DNA from: a virus
Length of the DNA stretch: 64,000 bases
Direction: 5' to 3' (one strand)
IMG/VR virus record: IMGVR_UViG_3300031415_000001
This document shows positions 8,076-16,618 of this stretch, piece by piece. Under the pieces are notes generated by a model, which saw only the letters and a list, made by a program, of their open reading frames with translations, was not told the origin of the DNA and searched no databases. How positions within the stretch are numbered: the first letter of the stretch is position 1; the number at the start of each line of letters is the position of its first letter. The translations under genes and the position numbers were made by a program.

Positions 8076-8441
8076 TTACCACAAAGGCACACTCTTTGGT
8101 AAGCAATCACGATAACACCTGTCAAATGAAAGAGGGTTGTATCGGACAAAGCCAATAGATAGGAGATATTTAGCCAGATCATCATTGAGTACATTTTCAA
8201 CCTCAATGACATAATCGGTTTCTCTCAGTGTCTCAATGAGACATGTGAAATAACCTTGTCTTGGCTCAAATACGTCAATGCTTGAGATCACCACAGTGGG
8301 TTGCTCACGCACCATTTTGTTGTCTATCAGCCTCACGTAGATTTTGGCGAATTGACTATCGACATACCATGAAGCTATGCCGACTTGATTTGTTTTCTTG
8401 GCACAGATTTCTCTGACCACAGACTGACAATCAGCTTTCAT
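8076..8441 (-). CDS. hypothetical protein
   Basis: 121-aa ORF in the operon. Confidence 0.6.
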   Translation of the reverse strand: MKADCQSVVREICAKKTNQVGIASWYVDSQFAKIYVRLIDNKMVREQPTVVISSIDVFEPRQGYFTCLIETLRETDYVIEVENVLNDDLAKYLLSIGFVRYNPLSFDRCYRDCLPKSVPLW

Positions 8442-8715
8442 TGATCATCTTCTTAACCCACGCATTGCGGGCTTTATTCCGATGAGCAGATCCATTCTGC
8501 ATTTCCTTAATGAAGCCACTTGGTCTTCCATTGTTGAATGGATAGACCGTATCTTTGAAATCAGTGAAGAGTGCTGTGCGAAGTTCAGAACGAACAAGTG
8601 CATAGTCAGGCAATAACAGAATGTTAATGCACAGTCCTGTTTTACGACTGAATGGTTCACCTTCTGGAGCACCAGCATCAAGCCATGCCTGATACTGTTT
8701 CAGGAAATTAAGCAT
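8431..8715 (-). CDS. hypothetical protein
   Basis: 94-aa ORF. Confidence 0.6.
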   Translation of the reverse strand: MLNFLKQYQAWLDAGAPEGEPFSRKTGLCINILLLPDYALVRSELRTALFTDFKDTVYPFNNGRPSGFIKEMQNGSAHRNKARNAWVKKMINES

Positions 8716-9001
8716 TTTTAGATTTCTCCATCATATGCTGAGTGACTTCTCTTAACCGACTCAATGTCTCACGACAGGATTTGTTCAGAGAGAACTCAAT
8801 AGCTTCGATAGGTTCGCCTTCAGTATCTTTGGCTCCCCAGTCTGCATAGCAAATGAAACTATCGTTGGTCACATCATCTTCCATTGAAATGGCAACACGA
8901 TGTTCGTTAAACCATGCCTCATCATCGGCATTGATTTCCGTTACCTCCAGTTCTTTTCTGGCTCCAGTAGGTCGCTGAAAATAGGTTACAGTTATGCTCA
9001 T
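8708..9001 (-). CDS. hypothetical early protein (first gene of the long early operon)
   Basis: 97-aa ORF with GGAGGAA upstream. Preceded by a compound hairpin and the 9092-9128 terminator. Confidence 0.65.
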   Translation of the reverse strand: MSITVTYFQRPTGARKELEVTEINADDEAWFNEHRVAISMEDDVTNDSFICYADWGAKDTEGEPIEAIEFSLNKSCRETLSRLREVTQHMMEKSKNA

Positions 9002-9032
9002 TTATTCCTCCAACATATATCTAATTGATGGT

Positions 9033-9078
9033 CGATAGTTTTTAGGTGTCTTCACGCCAAAACACCTCAGAACTATCG
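9033..9078 (-). promoter_or_regulatory. 46-nt compound hairpin 31 nt upstream of the 8708-9001 gene
   Basis: Outer stem CGATAGTT/AACTATCG (8 bp), inner stem AGGTGT/ACACCT (6 bp), 12-nt loop. Confidence 0.35.
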
Positions 9079-9091
9079 AGTTAGTTTTAAG

Positions 9092-9128
9092 AAAGTAAAA
9101 ATAAAAGGCTACTCCGAAGAGTAGCCTT
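9092..9128 (-). terminator. intrinsic terminator after the 9138-9539 gene
   Basis: AAGGCTACTC-CGAA-GAGTAGCCTT (10-bp stem) followed on the minus strand by TTTTATTTTTACTTT. Confidence 0.85.
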
Positions 9129-9137
9129 GTTTTGGTA

Positions 9138-9539
9138 CTACAGCTTGAGCTGTACAGCGAATGGATTGGTAGATGCATCCACAGTTTCTTCGGTGTCAGC
9201 ATTGACACGACGGAGCTGGATTTGCAGGTTCAGGATTTTATCTTCACCCGGTTCCAGCGACTGAGCAGCAGCCATGATTTGGTCGAGCAAACCATTACGA
9301 GCAGCTTGGAATGCTTTCCATTCCTGATTCTTGCCTTTAACGGCAACATGTTCCTGAGTATCCAAAGGGATACCTTGTGGCAGAGAAACGAAACGTTCCT
9401 CAGTGCCACCACCTTCAACTGGAACCTCAACACCGTAACCGATGTTCAGCCAGAACTCTGCTTTTTGCTGAGTTTCTTTAGACTGAGTAGAGCCAGTTTC
9501 TTTTTTGCCGAATGACAGTTTATCGAAGTCGATAGCCAT
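9138..9539 (-). CDS. abundant-type monocistronic early protein; positional equivalent of N4 gp2 (unproven)
   Basis: Start MAIDFDKL (GAGGAA 7 nt upstream). It has its own upstream hairpin and its own strong terminator. 133 aa. Confidence 0.7.
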   Translation of the reverse strand: MAIDFDKLSFGKKETGSTQSKETQQKAEFWLNIGYGVEVPVEGGGTEERFVSLPQGIPLDTQEHVAVKGKNQEWKAFQAARNGLLDQIMAAAQSLEPGEDKILNLQIQLRRVNADTEETVDASTNPFAVQLKL

Positions 9540-9592
9540 GATTTGTTTCCTCAAATTTATATTGGTAAGGTGATTAGCCAGAATTGGCCTAG

Positions 9593-9608
9593 CCCTGCGT
9601 AAGCAGGG
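9593..9608 (-). promoter_or_regulatory. candidate vRNAP hairpin promoter (early unit B)
   Basis: CCCTGC-GTAA-GCAGGG on the + strand, which is the template for leftward transcription. 54 nt upstream of the ATG at 9539. Twin of the 10081-10096 hairpin. Confidence 0.4.
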
Positions 9609-9678
9609 ATTTTACTTTTCTTATGCCCAAAGAAAAGAATTACAATTTATATCTACTTTATTGCTTATCTATCTAAAG

Positions 9679-9710
9679 ATTTAAAAACCTAACTCATTTA
9701 GAGTTAGGTT
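9679..9710 (-). terminator. intrinsic terminator after the 9718-10038 gene
   Basis: AACCTAACTC-ATTTA-GAGTTAGGTT (10-bp stem) followed on the minus strand by TTTTTAAATCTTT. Confidence 0.75.
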
Positions 9711-9717
9711 TAAGTTG

Positions 9718-10038
9718 TTATTTAGATTCGAGTACTTTACGTAAACGTTCCTGATTAGCTTTGAACATTTCTGATGATTCTTTACCGTTACTTTCTAAGT
9801 AACTCTTAATCTTCATCTGACGTTCAGTATCAGCTAATGCTGTTTCTTCAATCAGAGTTTCAATCTTAGAAGCTGATTCCAGCTTCATACGTAATGATTG
9901 ATTCTCTGCTGCGTTAGTAACAAACGCATCCAGCATACCGACTGACTTAGTTGCTACGTTAGCCACAGTAGATACTACATTCAGAGTATCAGTGACAGTG
10001 GACAGTGCAGCACCAAAGGTTAAGCGAGTAGTAGACAT
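9718..10038 (-). CDS. first early protein, coiled-coil (monocistronic)
   Basis: 106-aa ORF with GAGG 7 nt upstream. Flanked by an upstream hairpin and a downstream terminator. Confidence 0.7.
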   Translation of the reverse strand: MSTTRLTFGAALSTVTDTLNVVSTVANVATKSVGMLDAFVTNAAENQSLRMKLESASKIETLIEETALADTERQMKIKSYLESNGKESSEMFKANQERLRKVLESK

Positions 10039-10080
10039 GTGATGACCTCATGAGTTGAGATGGATGGCGATAGTGCCATA

Positions 10081-10096
10081 CCATGCGCAAGCATGG
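10081..10096 (-). promoter_or_regulatory. candidate vRNAP hairpin promoter (early unit A)
   Basis: CCATGC-GCAA-GCATGG on the template (+) strand, 43 nt upstream of the ATG at 10038. Confidence 0.4.
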
Positions 10097-10097
10097 G

Positions 10098-10121
10098 GTG
10101 TACATGTGTACAGTGTATACA
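10098..10121. repeat. three tandem GTGTA(TA)CA repeats, each containing a palindrome
   Basis: GTGTACA-T-GTGTACA-GTGTATACA read directly from the sequence, adjacent to hairpin A. Confidence 0.6.
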
Positions 10122-10448
10122 GAGTACCGGGGGGGTACTTTATATAAGATGGTGGCTCCGCCCCCAGTGTACCCTGCATCAAGACTTACCTATGAAAAAA
10201 TTGGGCAACCCAAATAATATGCGGAATATCTTTATAGAAAAGTTATCTCTAATGACTGAGAAGAAGAAAGGGGACTAGTGTCCCCTTATCTTGAGCAGTG
10301 ACGTTGCTTAGACGGATGAATCAGAACCTCTTGTATAGCAGAGACTACTTCCCACATAACATGGCAGCTAATGTGGTTTGAGGCGAGCATTCCTTCATCT
10401 GGTTCCGTTAACTCACGGTTTCCTTGAGTGCTACTGTCCTTGGTGTTG

Positions 10449-10471
10449 TTTATAAGGGGAACCCTTATAAA
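10449..10471. promoter_or_regulatory. perfect 10-bp stem / 3-nt GAA-loop palindrome
   Basis: TTTATAAGGG-GAA-CCCTTATAAA. No T-run on either side, so it is not a terminator. Confidence 0.4.
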
Positions 10472-10507
10472 TAGCAATAGGGGGGTCTTTCCATTTCCAT
10501 AAGGCTA

Positions 10508-10536
10508 TAGACATTTTTCTTAAACTACCCTATAAG
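10508..10536 (+). promoter_or_regulatory. sigma70-like promoter candidate for the rightward arm
   Basis: TAGACA-N17-TATAAG. The predicted start is ~15 nt before the ATG, which leaves GGAG inside the leader. Confidence 0.35.
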
Positions 10537-10559
10537 GTAAGTATAAATCAACTGGAGAA

Positions 10560-10916
10560 ATGTCAATGAGTACTGTCCCTACTGAACAAGAAATGCAAGA
10601 CGCTGCAAAGGCACCACGAGTGAAGCATGAAGAAATCCATGCTGAGGTATCTCTGGTAGAGTATGCCTATGTGGGTTTGATGACACTGTGTGTGCTGACG
10701 CTGCATAACGGTTTCAAGATTGTTGGTCAGAGTTCATGTGCCTCTGCCGAAAATTATAATAAGGAGTGGGGTGAGAAGTTTGCTCTGCGTGATGCCGAGC
10801 GACAGATTGGTCAGTTCCTTGGTTTCCGTATCTGCGAGCAGCGTTATAAAGAGAAGCTGGCAAATGATTTGGTCAGTGACTTAGGCGAAGATGATTGCGA
10901 AGGCTGTAAGATTTAA
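10560..10916 (+). CDS. Phage_gp49_66 family protein (N4 gp49 / Sf6 gp66-like)
   Basis: ...LMTLCVLTLHNGFKIVGQSSCASAENYNKEWGEKFALRDAERQI matches that family as I recall it. The start is 10560 or 10566. Confidence 0.75.
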   Translation: MSMSTVPTEQEMQDAAKAPRVKHEEIHAEVSLVEYAYVGLMTLCVLTLHNGFKIVGQSSCASAENYNKEWGEKFALRDAERQIGQFLGFRICEQRYKEKLANDLVSDLGEDDCEGCKI

Positions 10917-10941
10917 CCTTCCTTTACTGGTTCCATCTTTG

Positions 10942-10965
10942 GGGTGCTACGGCACCCTTCTTTAT
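10942..10965 (+). terminator. intrinsic terminator
   Basis: GGGTGC-TACG-GCACCC followed by TTCTTTA. Confidence 0.6.
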
Positions 10966-10982
10966 ATAGGGGATTACACGAC

Positions 10983-11672
10983 ATGCTCTCTCTTGATCTG
11001 GTTCAAAAGGCAGTACCTGCCAATCTCAAAAATGCCGTGACACAAACGCTGGTGGATAAAATCAACACCATCAGTTCAGAGCCTCTCATTGCCGAGCAGA
11101 TTCGAGATAATTTTATCTCATACACCGGAGTCTTGAAGGAAGGTAAGTTCAAGACAGAGGACTATCTCAATGCTGTAGCTTTTGTCAGCTATAAGCTGAT
11201 GGGTTACAGCAATCAGGAATCGTACTTCAAGACTTTCCCTCAGCGTTATCAGGATATGCTGGCAGCAGGTAAAGGTCAGAAGGACATTGCCTCGTTTGTC
11301 TCTATCTATGCTAGAGGTAAGTTAGTGAACCTGATTCTGGAACAGACTCTTGTTCCGACTTGGGTACTGAACCAAGACCTTTACCAAGAGGCAATCAACA
11401 CCCAAGCAAAAATCATGAAAGACCCTGACGTTTGCTCCCGTGACCGAGTGGCAGCAGCTAACAGTATCCTGACTCATCTGGGCAAACCTAAAGAGGCAGG
11501 CCCACTTCTCAACATTGATATGCGTGAGCAGTCTGGTGTTAACGAACTGCGTGGGTTACTTTCCCAGTTAGCCGGTCAGCAGGTACAGCAGATCCAAAGT
11601 GGGGAATCTGTGCAGGCGATTGCCGGTAGCCGAATCTTTGAACACGAGGCTGTAGACGATGGCACTAATTAA
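10983..11672 (+). CDS. N4 gp69-like protein; candidate small terminase subunit by position
   Basis: Start trimmed to MLSLDLVQKAV. It lies immediately upstream of, and overlaps, the large terminase gene. Confidence 0.65.
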   Translation: MLSLDLVQKAVPANLKNAVTQTLVDKINTISSEPLIAEQIRDNFISYTGVLKEGKFKTEDYLNAVAFVSYKLMGYSNQESYFKTFPQRYQDMLAAGKGQKDIASFVSIYARGKLVNLILEQTLVPTWVLNQDLYQEAINTQAKIMKDPDVCSRDRVAAANSILTHLGKPKEAGPLLNIDMREQSGVNELRGLLSQLAGQQVQQIQSGESVQAIAGSRIFEHEAVDDGTN

Positions 11673-13254
11673 GCAGGACATTGATAAGTGGCTGGATGAT
11701 GTCAGTTACTCTTATCTCAATAGTGGTAAGTACATCCCGTCAGAGTTCTCTCTGATGTTCATGAACTTCATTAAACTGGTGAACGGTGTAGAAGGTGAAA
11801 GCCATAAAACACCTCCTGTTCATCTGGCGATGCTCGACAAAGTAGTAGGCCGAAGCCAATACATTGCTAACCTCTGCTTCCGTGGAGCAGCAAAGACTAC
11901 TCTCTTTATGGAGTACTTTGCTCCTTTCATTGCAGTGTTTGGTGGACTACCGGGCTTCGGTAAAGTTGACGGTATGATTTACGTCTCTGACTCGATGGAT
12001 AACGGTGTTAAGTCTGCACGAAAGAACATTGAGTTCCGATACAACCAAAGTGAGTTCCTGCAAGAGTGGCTTCCAGTTGCAAAGTTCACTGATAACTATA
12101 TCGAGTTCAAGAACAAAGAAGGTCATATGTTTGGCATCAAGATGTTTGGTGCTAAGACCGGTCTTCGTGGTACGAAGATCTTCGGTAAACGTCCAACACT
12201 CTGTGTACTGGATGACTTAGTAAGTGATGATGACAGTAAATCCAAAGTCTCAATGGAGGCTATTAAAGATACTGTCTATAAAGGCGTGAACCATGCACTC
12301 GATCCAACTAAGCGTAAGGTGATCTTCAACGGTACTCCGTTTAATAAAGATGACATTCTCATTGAGGCCGTTGAGTCTGGTGCTTGGGATGTGAACGTCT
12401 GGCCTGTGTGCGAACGGTTCCCTTGTTCAAAGGAAGAGTTCCGTGGTGCATGGGAAGACCGATTCTCTTACGAGTATGTCCTCGATCAGTATGAGATGGC
12501 AGTGAAGACCGGTAAGCTCTCAGCCTTCCTGCAAGAACTGATGTTGCGTATCACATCCGACGAAGAACGTCTGGTACTGGATTCAGAAATCCGTTGGTAT
12601 TCACGAGCTACCCTGCTGCAAAATCCCGGCGTGTATAACTATTATATAACTACGGACTTCGCCACCAGCGGTAAGCAGAAGAGTGACTACTCGGTCATTT
12701 TCGTCTGGGCATACAATGCCAATGGTGACTGGTTCTGGGTAGACGGTATCGTTAAACGTCAGACGATGGACAAGAACATTGATGACCTGTTCCGACTTTC
12801 GCAGAAGTACAAACCACAGTCTGTGGGTATTGAAGTGACCGGTCAGCAAAATGCTTTTATCCAGTGGCTCCAGCGTGAGATGCTGTTGCGTAATGTCTGG
12901 TTCAACTTTGCCAGCTCAGCGAAATCAGGTGATCCGGGTATTCGCCCAGTGACCGATAAGCTAAGCCGGTTTAATATCGTTGTTCCTTGGTTCAAAGCGG
13001 GTAAAATGTATTTCCCGGAAGAGTTGAAAATCAACAACAGTGTCATGGGCATGATCATGGAGCAGCTTCGCTTGGCTACCCAGTCAGGACTGAAGGGTAA
13101 GAATGATGACTGCATTGATGGCATTTCAATGTTGGGCTATCTCAACCCGTGGAAACCTTCTGAATCTGCTCTTGTTGGTTCAGATGAAACGTCTGTTTGG
13201 GACGAGGATGAAGTTCCGAACAATTCTACAGCTTTGTCGAGCTACATTGTCTGA
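11659..13254 (+). CDS. terL: terminase large subunit (N4 gp68-like)
   Basis: 531 aa. Walker A-like CFRGAAKTT, Walker B LCVLDDL, C-terminal nuclease-like region. Position as in N4. Confidence 0.88.
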   Translation: MALIKQDIDKWLDDVSYSYLNSGKYIPSEFSLMFMNFIKLVNGVEGESHKTPPVHLAMLDKVVGRSQYIANLCFRGAAKTTLFMEYFAPFIAVFGGLPGFGKVDGMIYVSDSMDNGVKSARKNIEFRYNQSEFLQEWLPVAKFTDNYIEFKNKEGHMFGIKMFGAKTGLRGTKIFGKRPTLCVLDDLVSDDDSKSKVSMEAIKDTVYKGVNHALDPTKRKVIFNGTPFNKDDILIEAVESGAWDVNVWPVCERFPCSKEEFRGAWEDRFSYEYVLDQYEMAVKTGKLSAFLQELMLRITSDEERLVLDSEIRWYSRATLLQNPGVYNYYITTDFATSGKQKSDYSVIFVWAYNANGDWFWVDGIVKRQTMDKNIDDLFRLSQKYKPQSVGIEVTGQQNAFIQWLQREMLLRNVWFNFASSAKSGDPGIRPVTDKLSRFNIVVPWFKAGKMYFPEELKINNSVMGMIMEQLRLATQSGLKGKNDDCIDGISMLGYLNPWKPSESALVGSDETSVWDEDEVPNNSTALSSYIV

Positions 13255-13261
13255 GGCCCAG

Positions 13262-13966
13262 ATGAATATTTCTGATCTGTATAAAACGCTCTCTTATGGT
13301 GAACTCAGCAACTTATCTATTGGCATGGAAGGCTCAGGAAAAATCACAGATGACGCAAAACCTCGCATCATCCACTATGCAAATGAGGGACTTACTCGTC
13401 TGTATGGTCGGTTTATCCTGAAAGAAAAAGATGTGATGATTGAGTTGGTAGACCATATCACCAATTATCATCTCTTGAGGAAGTATGCAGAGTCATACTT
13501 TGATCCAGAAGAAGTACGATATCCGTACATTAAAGATCTTTTTAATGAACCATTTACGGAAGATGTTATTAAGATTCTGGCTGTCTATAATAGCCGTGGG
13601 CATAAACTCCCACTTAATGACAATAACCGTGCCGACTCTGTTTTCACGCCCACAGGTAAGATTTTGCAGGTTCCTCGCCCGGTCAGAGGTACTGCACTCA
13701 GTGTTCTTTATCAGGCAAAGCATGATGAGCTTCTGCATGATCGGGAAGACCAAGAGATCGCATTACCGGATGTACTGCAAGGAGCACTCGTTGCTTTTAT
13801 TGCCTACAAAGTGTTTAGCCACATGAACACTGATGTGAGTAATGTTAAGTCTCAGGAGCATTTGAGCATTTACTCAACCATCTGTGATGAAGTGGAGCAA
13901 CATGATTTGGTCAACACAAGCATCTCCACAACTAACTCCCGCTTTGAAAAGCTAGGATGGGTATAA
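13262..13966 (+). CDS. virion structural protein (N4 gp67-like by position)
   Basis: Start trimmed to MNISDLYKTL, right after the terL stop. 234 aa. Confidence 0.7.
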   Translation: MNISDLYKTLSYGELSNLSIGMEGSGKITDDAKPRIIHYANEGLTRLYGRFILKEKDVMIELVDHITNYHLLRKYAESYFDPEEVRYPYIKDLFNEPFTEDVIKILAVYNSRGHKLPLNDNNRADSVFTPTGKILQVPRPVRGTALSVLYQAKHDELLHDREDQEIALPDVLQGALVAFIAYKVFSHMNTDVSNVKSQEHLSIYSTICDEVEQHDLVNTSISTTNSRFEKLGWV

Positions 13967-13970
13967 AAGC

Positions 13971-16616
13971 ATGAATATGAGAACGGTAAACGATCCGTAT
14001 GGTGGCAATGCCCCGCTTGTGGATAAGTTCATTGGCAATGCCTACGACACTGTTCGCTATGTGGCGTTGAACTTGGCCTACATTAAGCACGTTTCATACC
14101 ATCTCCATGAGGTGTATGACGTTGCACACAACATGTTGGACGTGTTGAACGTCTCTAAAAACATGAAAGACGTAAATACGGTTGCCACTATCACTGCTGA
14201 GATCAAGCTGCTTGCAGCACAGATTGACGGACTGGTTAGTTTGGCTGCCAATTTGCCTGCACTGCTCAATATTGATGAGAATATCGCTACACTCATCGAT
14301 CTGAGTAAGAGTGCTGACGCTCTTGTAGACCTGCATGAGCACCAAGCTGAATATCTGGCTGTGTATCAGAAGCTGCCTTCTATTGAAGCCATTCTTCCAC
14401 ACCTGACAGAGATCGGTGCAGTCTTTGACAATCTGACTGAAGTCGTGGCAGTGGGTGATCACATCGCTGCGGTGCAGAACGTCAATGACAACATGGCCCG
14501 TATCCTGAACGTCGAAGCTGAATTGGCTCTGATTAATCAGGTAGCGAACCAAGTAGATGAACTGATTGCCCAGATCGCTGCTGTTGAGACAGGAATTTAT
14601 GCAAAATTCGCTGCTCAGGACGGTCTGAAAAACATTGGTAGCGTCCCATCGTGGGCTGCACTGAAAACACTGGTTCCAACTGCTGCCGGTCAACGTGTGT
14701 TCCTTAAAGAATACGAAGTTGGTACGGGCTACGGTGGTGGCATCATGATTTCAGTCAATGCTGCGGGTGCAGAAGACGGCGGTTATCGTGCATCCGTCAA
14801 TGCAAACTGGCACTGGAAACGTGATGTTAAGAACACCAGTGAACTAACCATCATTGATTTCGGTGCAATTCCTAACGGTACGTCAGATGCAGGCCCAGCT
14901 ATCAAGCGTATGCATGACTGGAGTACTGCTGACGCACTGGCACTGAATCTGGCCTCTACTTACGGCAACGGTGTTGTACTTCCGACAGGTGCTTTCGGTA
15001 TTGGTGCATTGGATCTGGGTGATAGCGAGATTGGTGCTTTCAAAATCCGTGGGCCAGAGTGTAATTTCGGGGTAATTCCTCGTGTTACCTTGCTGCCGAT
15101 CAACAAAACTACCACTACACCAGCATTTGCTTTCCGTGCTCGTCGTATGGAAGTGTCAAACATTCACTGGGATGGTAAAGGCAGTGTTCAGCCATTCATG
15201 GTGAACCGTGTTACTCGTGGTGCATACGTTCGTGTCGGTCAGTTTGTTTCGACTGATGCTGGTGGTCGTTGCTTCCAAGTAAAAGACACCATCGACACCA
15301 AGCTGAATCAGGTTTACAGCTACCGTGGATCAGCAGCATTCTTCTTTGCAGGCTGGTCGAACGAAAACCCAGGCGGTTGGAACCACTCAACAGCTATCGA
15401 ACTGTCAAACTTCAACTTCTCATCTCATACCGGTGAGTATGCATTCCTTGCTGTCCGTGCTGGTCAGTCAATGATGTATAACGGTTGGTTCGACCGTAAC
15501 GAATATCCATTCGATATCAGTCAGGGTGGCTGGACTCTCGATAACATCACGATGGAAAACAGTGCCAATCCAGCGGCTGTTAAATATGCGAAGATCATTG
15601 AGATCGGTTGTCGTTGGGCGCAGGGTGCAACCCTTAGTAAAGATGCCACCAGCTATGATCCAGCATGGGATAACGGGGCATCACTGCCGGGTTCTGTAAC
15701 CAACGCCTATGATCAGGGTAAAGTCGCAATTAACATGACTGGTTCTCTGTTTGATTGTGGTGTTGCAACACAGTTCAACTGGTCTAATAACGTCTTGGCT
15801 AATGATAAGAACGTGGATTCATGGTTCTACATTGGCCGAATCGTTATGCCTCGTCAGGGTGACGCTTGTAAGATGCGTCTGGTGGGTGCAGCCAACTGGG
15901 ATAGTGCGTCAGGTGACTTCAACCGTCCCGGTGGTACTTCCTTTGGTTCCGGTGAAGCAATTATTCATCTGGAGATGAAACAGCCACAACAGGAAACTAC
16001 TACCTCGGTAGAGGCTCACTGGTATGGTTCAGGAAACTGTCCAATCAGTGCTGTTAAAATCGTGCATAGCTGGCAGTCTTTGGGCGTTTACGTCCGTATG
16101 CGTCAGTACGCGAAGTTTGCTGCTCTGTTCCAAGACGTAACCGGTATTCCTCGTATCAATACAGGGAACCCGACTTACTTCCGTCCAGATGGCACGTATA
16201 TTGCTGATGCGGATCTGGCTGCTGTTGCCAACCTTGTTGACGTGCCTGCTCGTTTCTCCTTTAACGGTGGTGATTACGCTGGTAATGGTCTGGGCATGAA
16301 CCTCGATAGTGGTGATCTGGTTATGTTCCAGAAGAACAAAGCCACTAAAGGTGCAGCAGAGTACATTCCCGTGTTTCACAACGGTATGCAACGATACATT
16401 CAGATTCAGGAATTTATCGGTGCTCATCGTATGCCTTACGTTAATATGGCTGAACTTGCCACTATGTCACCGGCTACGTGGGTATACCACGAAGTGCTTG
16501 TGAGTAATGGTGGTGTGGGTAGTGGTAATGACACGCAGTTTATTAAGGCATTCTCTGATGGCCTGCGTTGGATCAATGCTGCTACGTACAAAGCTATCAG
16601 CACAACAGGAGCATAA
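13971..16616 (+). CDS. tailspike / receptor-binding depolymerase 1 (beta-helix, pectate-lyase-like)
   Basis: 881 aa. The N-terminal ~200 aa have periodic V/L/N/A-rich helical repeats. The central region is paralogous to the 42099-43907 product (shared ...DT(I/L)DTKL(N/D)Q(V/I)YS...GGWNHSTA...). Confidence 0.8.
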   Translation: MNMRTVNDPYGGNAPLVDKFIGNAYDTVRYVALNLAYIKHVSYHLHEVYDVAHNMLDVLNVSKNMKDVNTVATITAEIKLLAAQIDGLVSLAANLPALLNIDENIATLIDLSKSADALVDLHEHQAEYLAVYQKLPSIEAILPHLTEIGAVFDNLTEVVAVGDHIAAVQNVNDNMARILNVEAELALINQVANQVDELIAQIAAVETGIYAKFAAQDGLKNIGSVPSWAALKTLVPTAAGQRVFLKEYEVGTGYGGGIMISVNAAGAEDGGYRASVNANWHWKRDVKNTSELTIIDFGAIPNGTSDAGPAIKRMHDWSTADALALNLASTYGNGVVLPTGAFGIGALDLGDSEIGAFKIRGPECNFGVIPRVTLLPINKTTTTPAFAFRARRMEVSNIHWDGKGSVQPFMVNRVTRGAYVRVGQFVSTDAGGRCFQVKDTIDTKLNQVYSYRGSAAFFFAGWSNENPGGWNHSTAIELSNFNFSSHTGEYAFLAVRAGQSMMYNGWFDRNEYPFDISQGGWTLDNITMENSANPAAVKYAKIIEIGCRWAQGATLSKDATSYDPAWDNGASLPGSVTNAYDQGKVAINMTGSLFDCGVATQFNWSNNVLANDKNVDSWFYIGRIVMPRQGDACKMRLVGAANWDSASGDFNRPGGTSFGSGEAIIHLEMKQPQQETTTSVEAHWYGSGNCPISAVKIVHSWQSLGVYVRMRQYAKFAALFQDVTGIPRINTGNPTYFRPDGTYIADADLAAVANLVDVPARFSFNGGDYAGNGLGMNLDSGDLVMFQKNKATKGAAEYIPVFHNGMQRYIQIQEFIGAHRMPYVNMAELATMSPATWVYHEVLVSNGGVGSGNDTQFIKAFSDGLRWINAATYKAISTTGA

Positions 16617-16618
16617 TT

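Noticed and set aside
8069-8212. Hydrophobic N-terminal extension of the DUF2493 ORF (track start at 8212).
   Set aside because: It would overlap the upstream gene by 137 nt. The ATG at 8068 lies 8 nt after that gene's stop and gives a normal-length DUF2493 protein.
9002-9208. 68-aa minus-strand track ORF.
   Set aside because: It runs through the 9092-9128 terminator hairpin and the 9033-9078 compound hairpin, and it overlaps the end of the 9138-9539 gene.
10060-10477. Track ORFs 10060-10278 (+) and 10286-10477 (-), plus a 28-aa ATG ORF at 10192-10278, all in the divergent region.
   Set aside because: They lack a Shine-Dalgarno sequence or use non-ATG starts. They span several hairpins and their composition is unlike real genes in this genome. 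The region is better explained as regulatory or terminal.
10520-10547. A sigma70-like promoter, TTAAAC-N16-TATAAA.
   Set aside because: The predicted start site would fall at or after the GGAG RBS of the 10560 gene. The upstream TAGACA-N17-TATAAG candidate is geometrically consistent and was reported instead.
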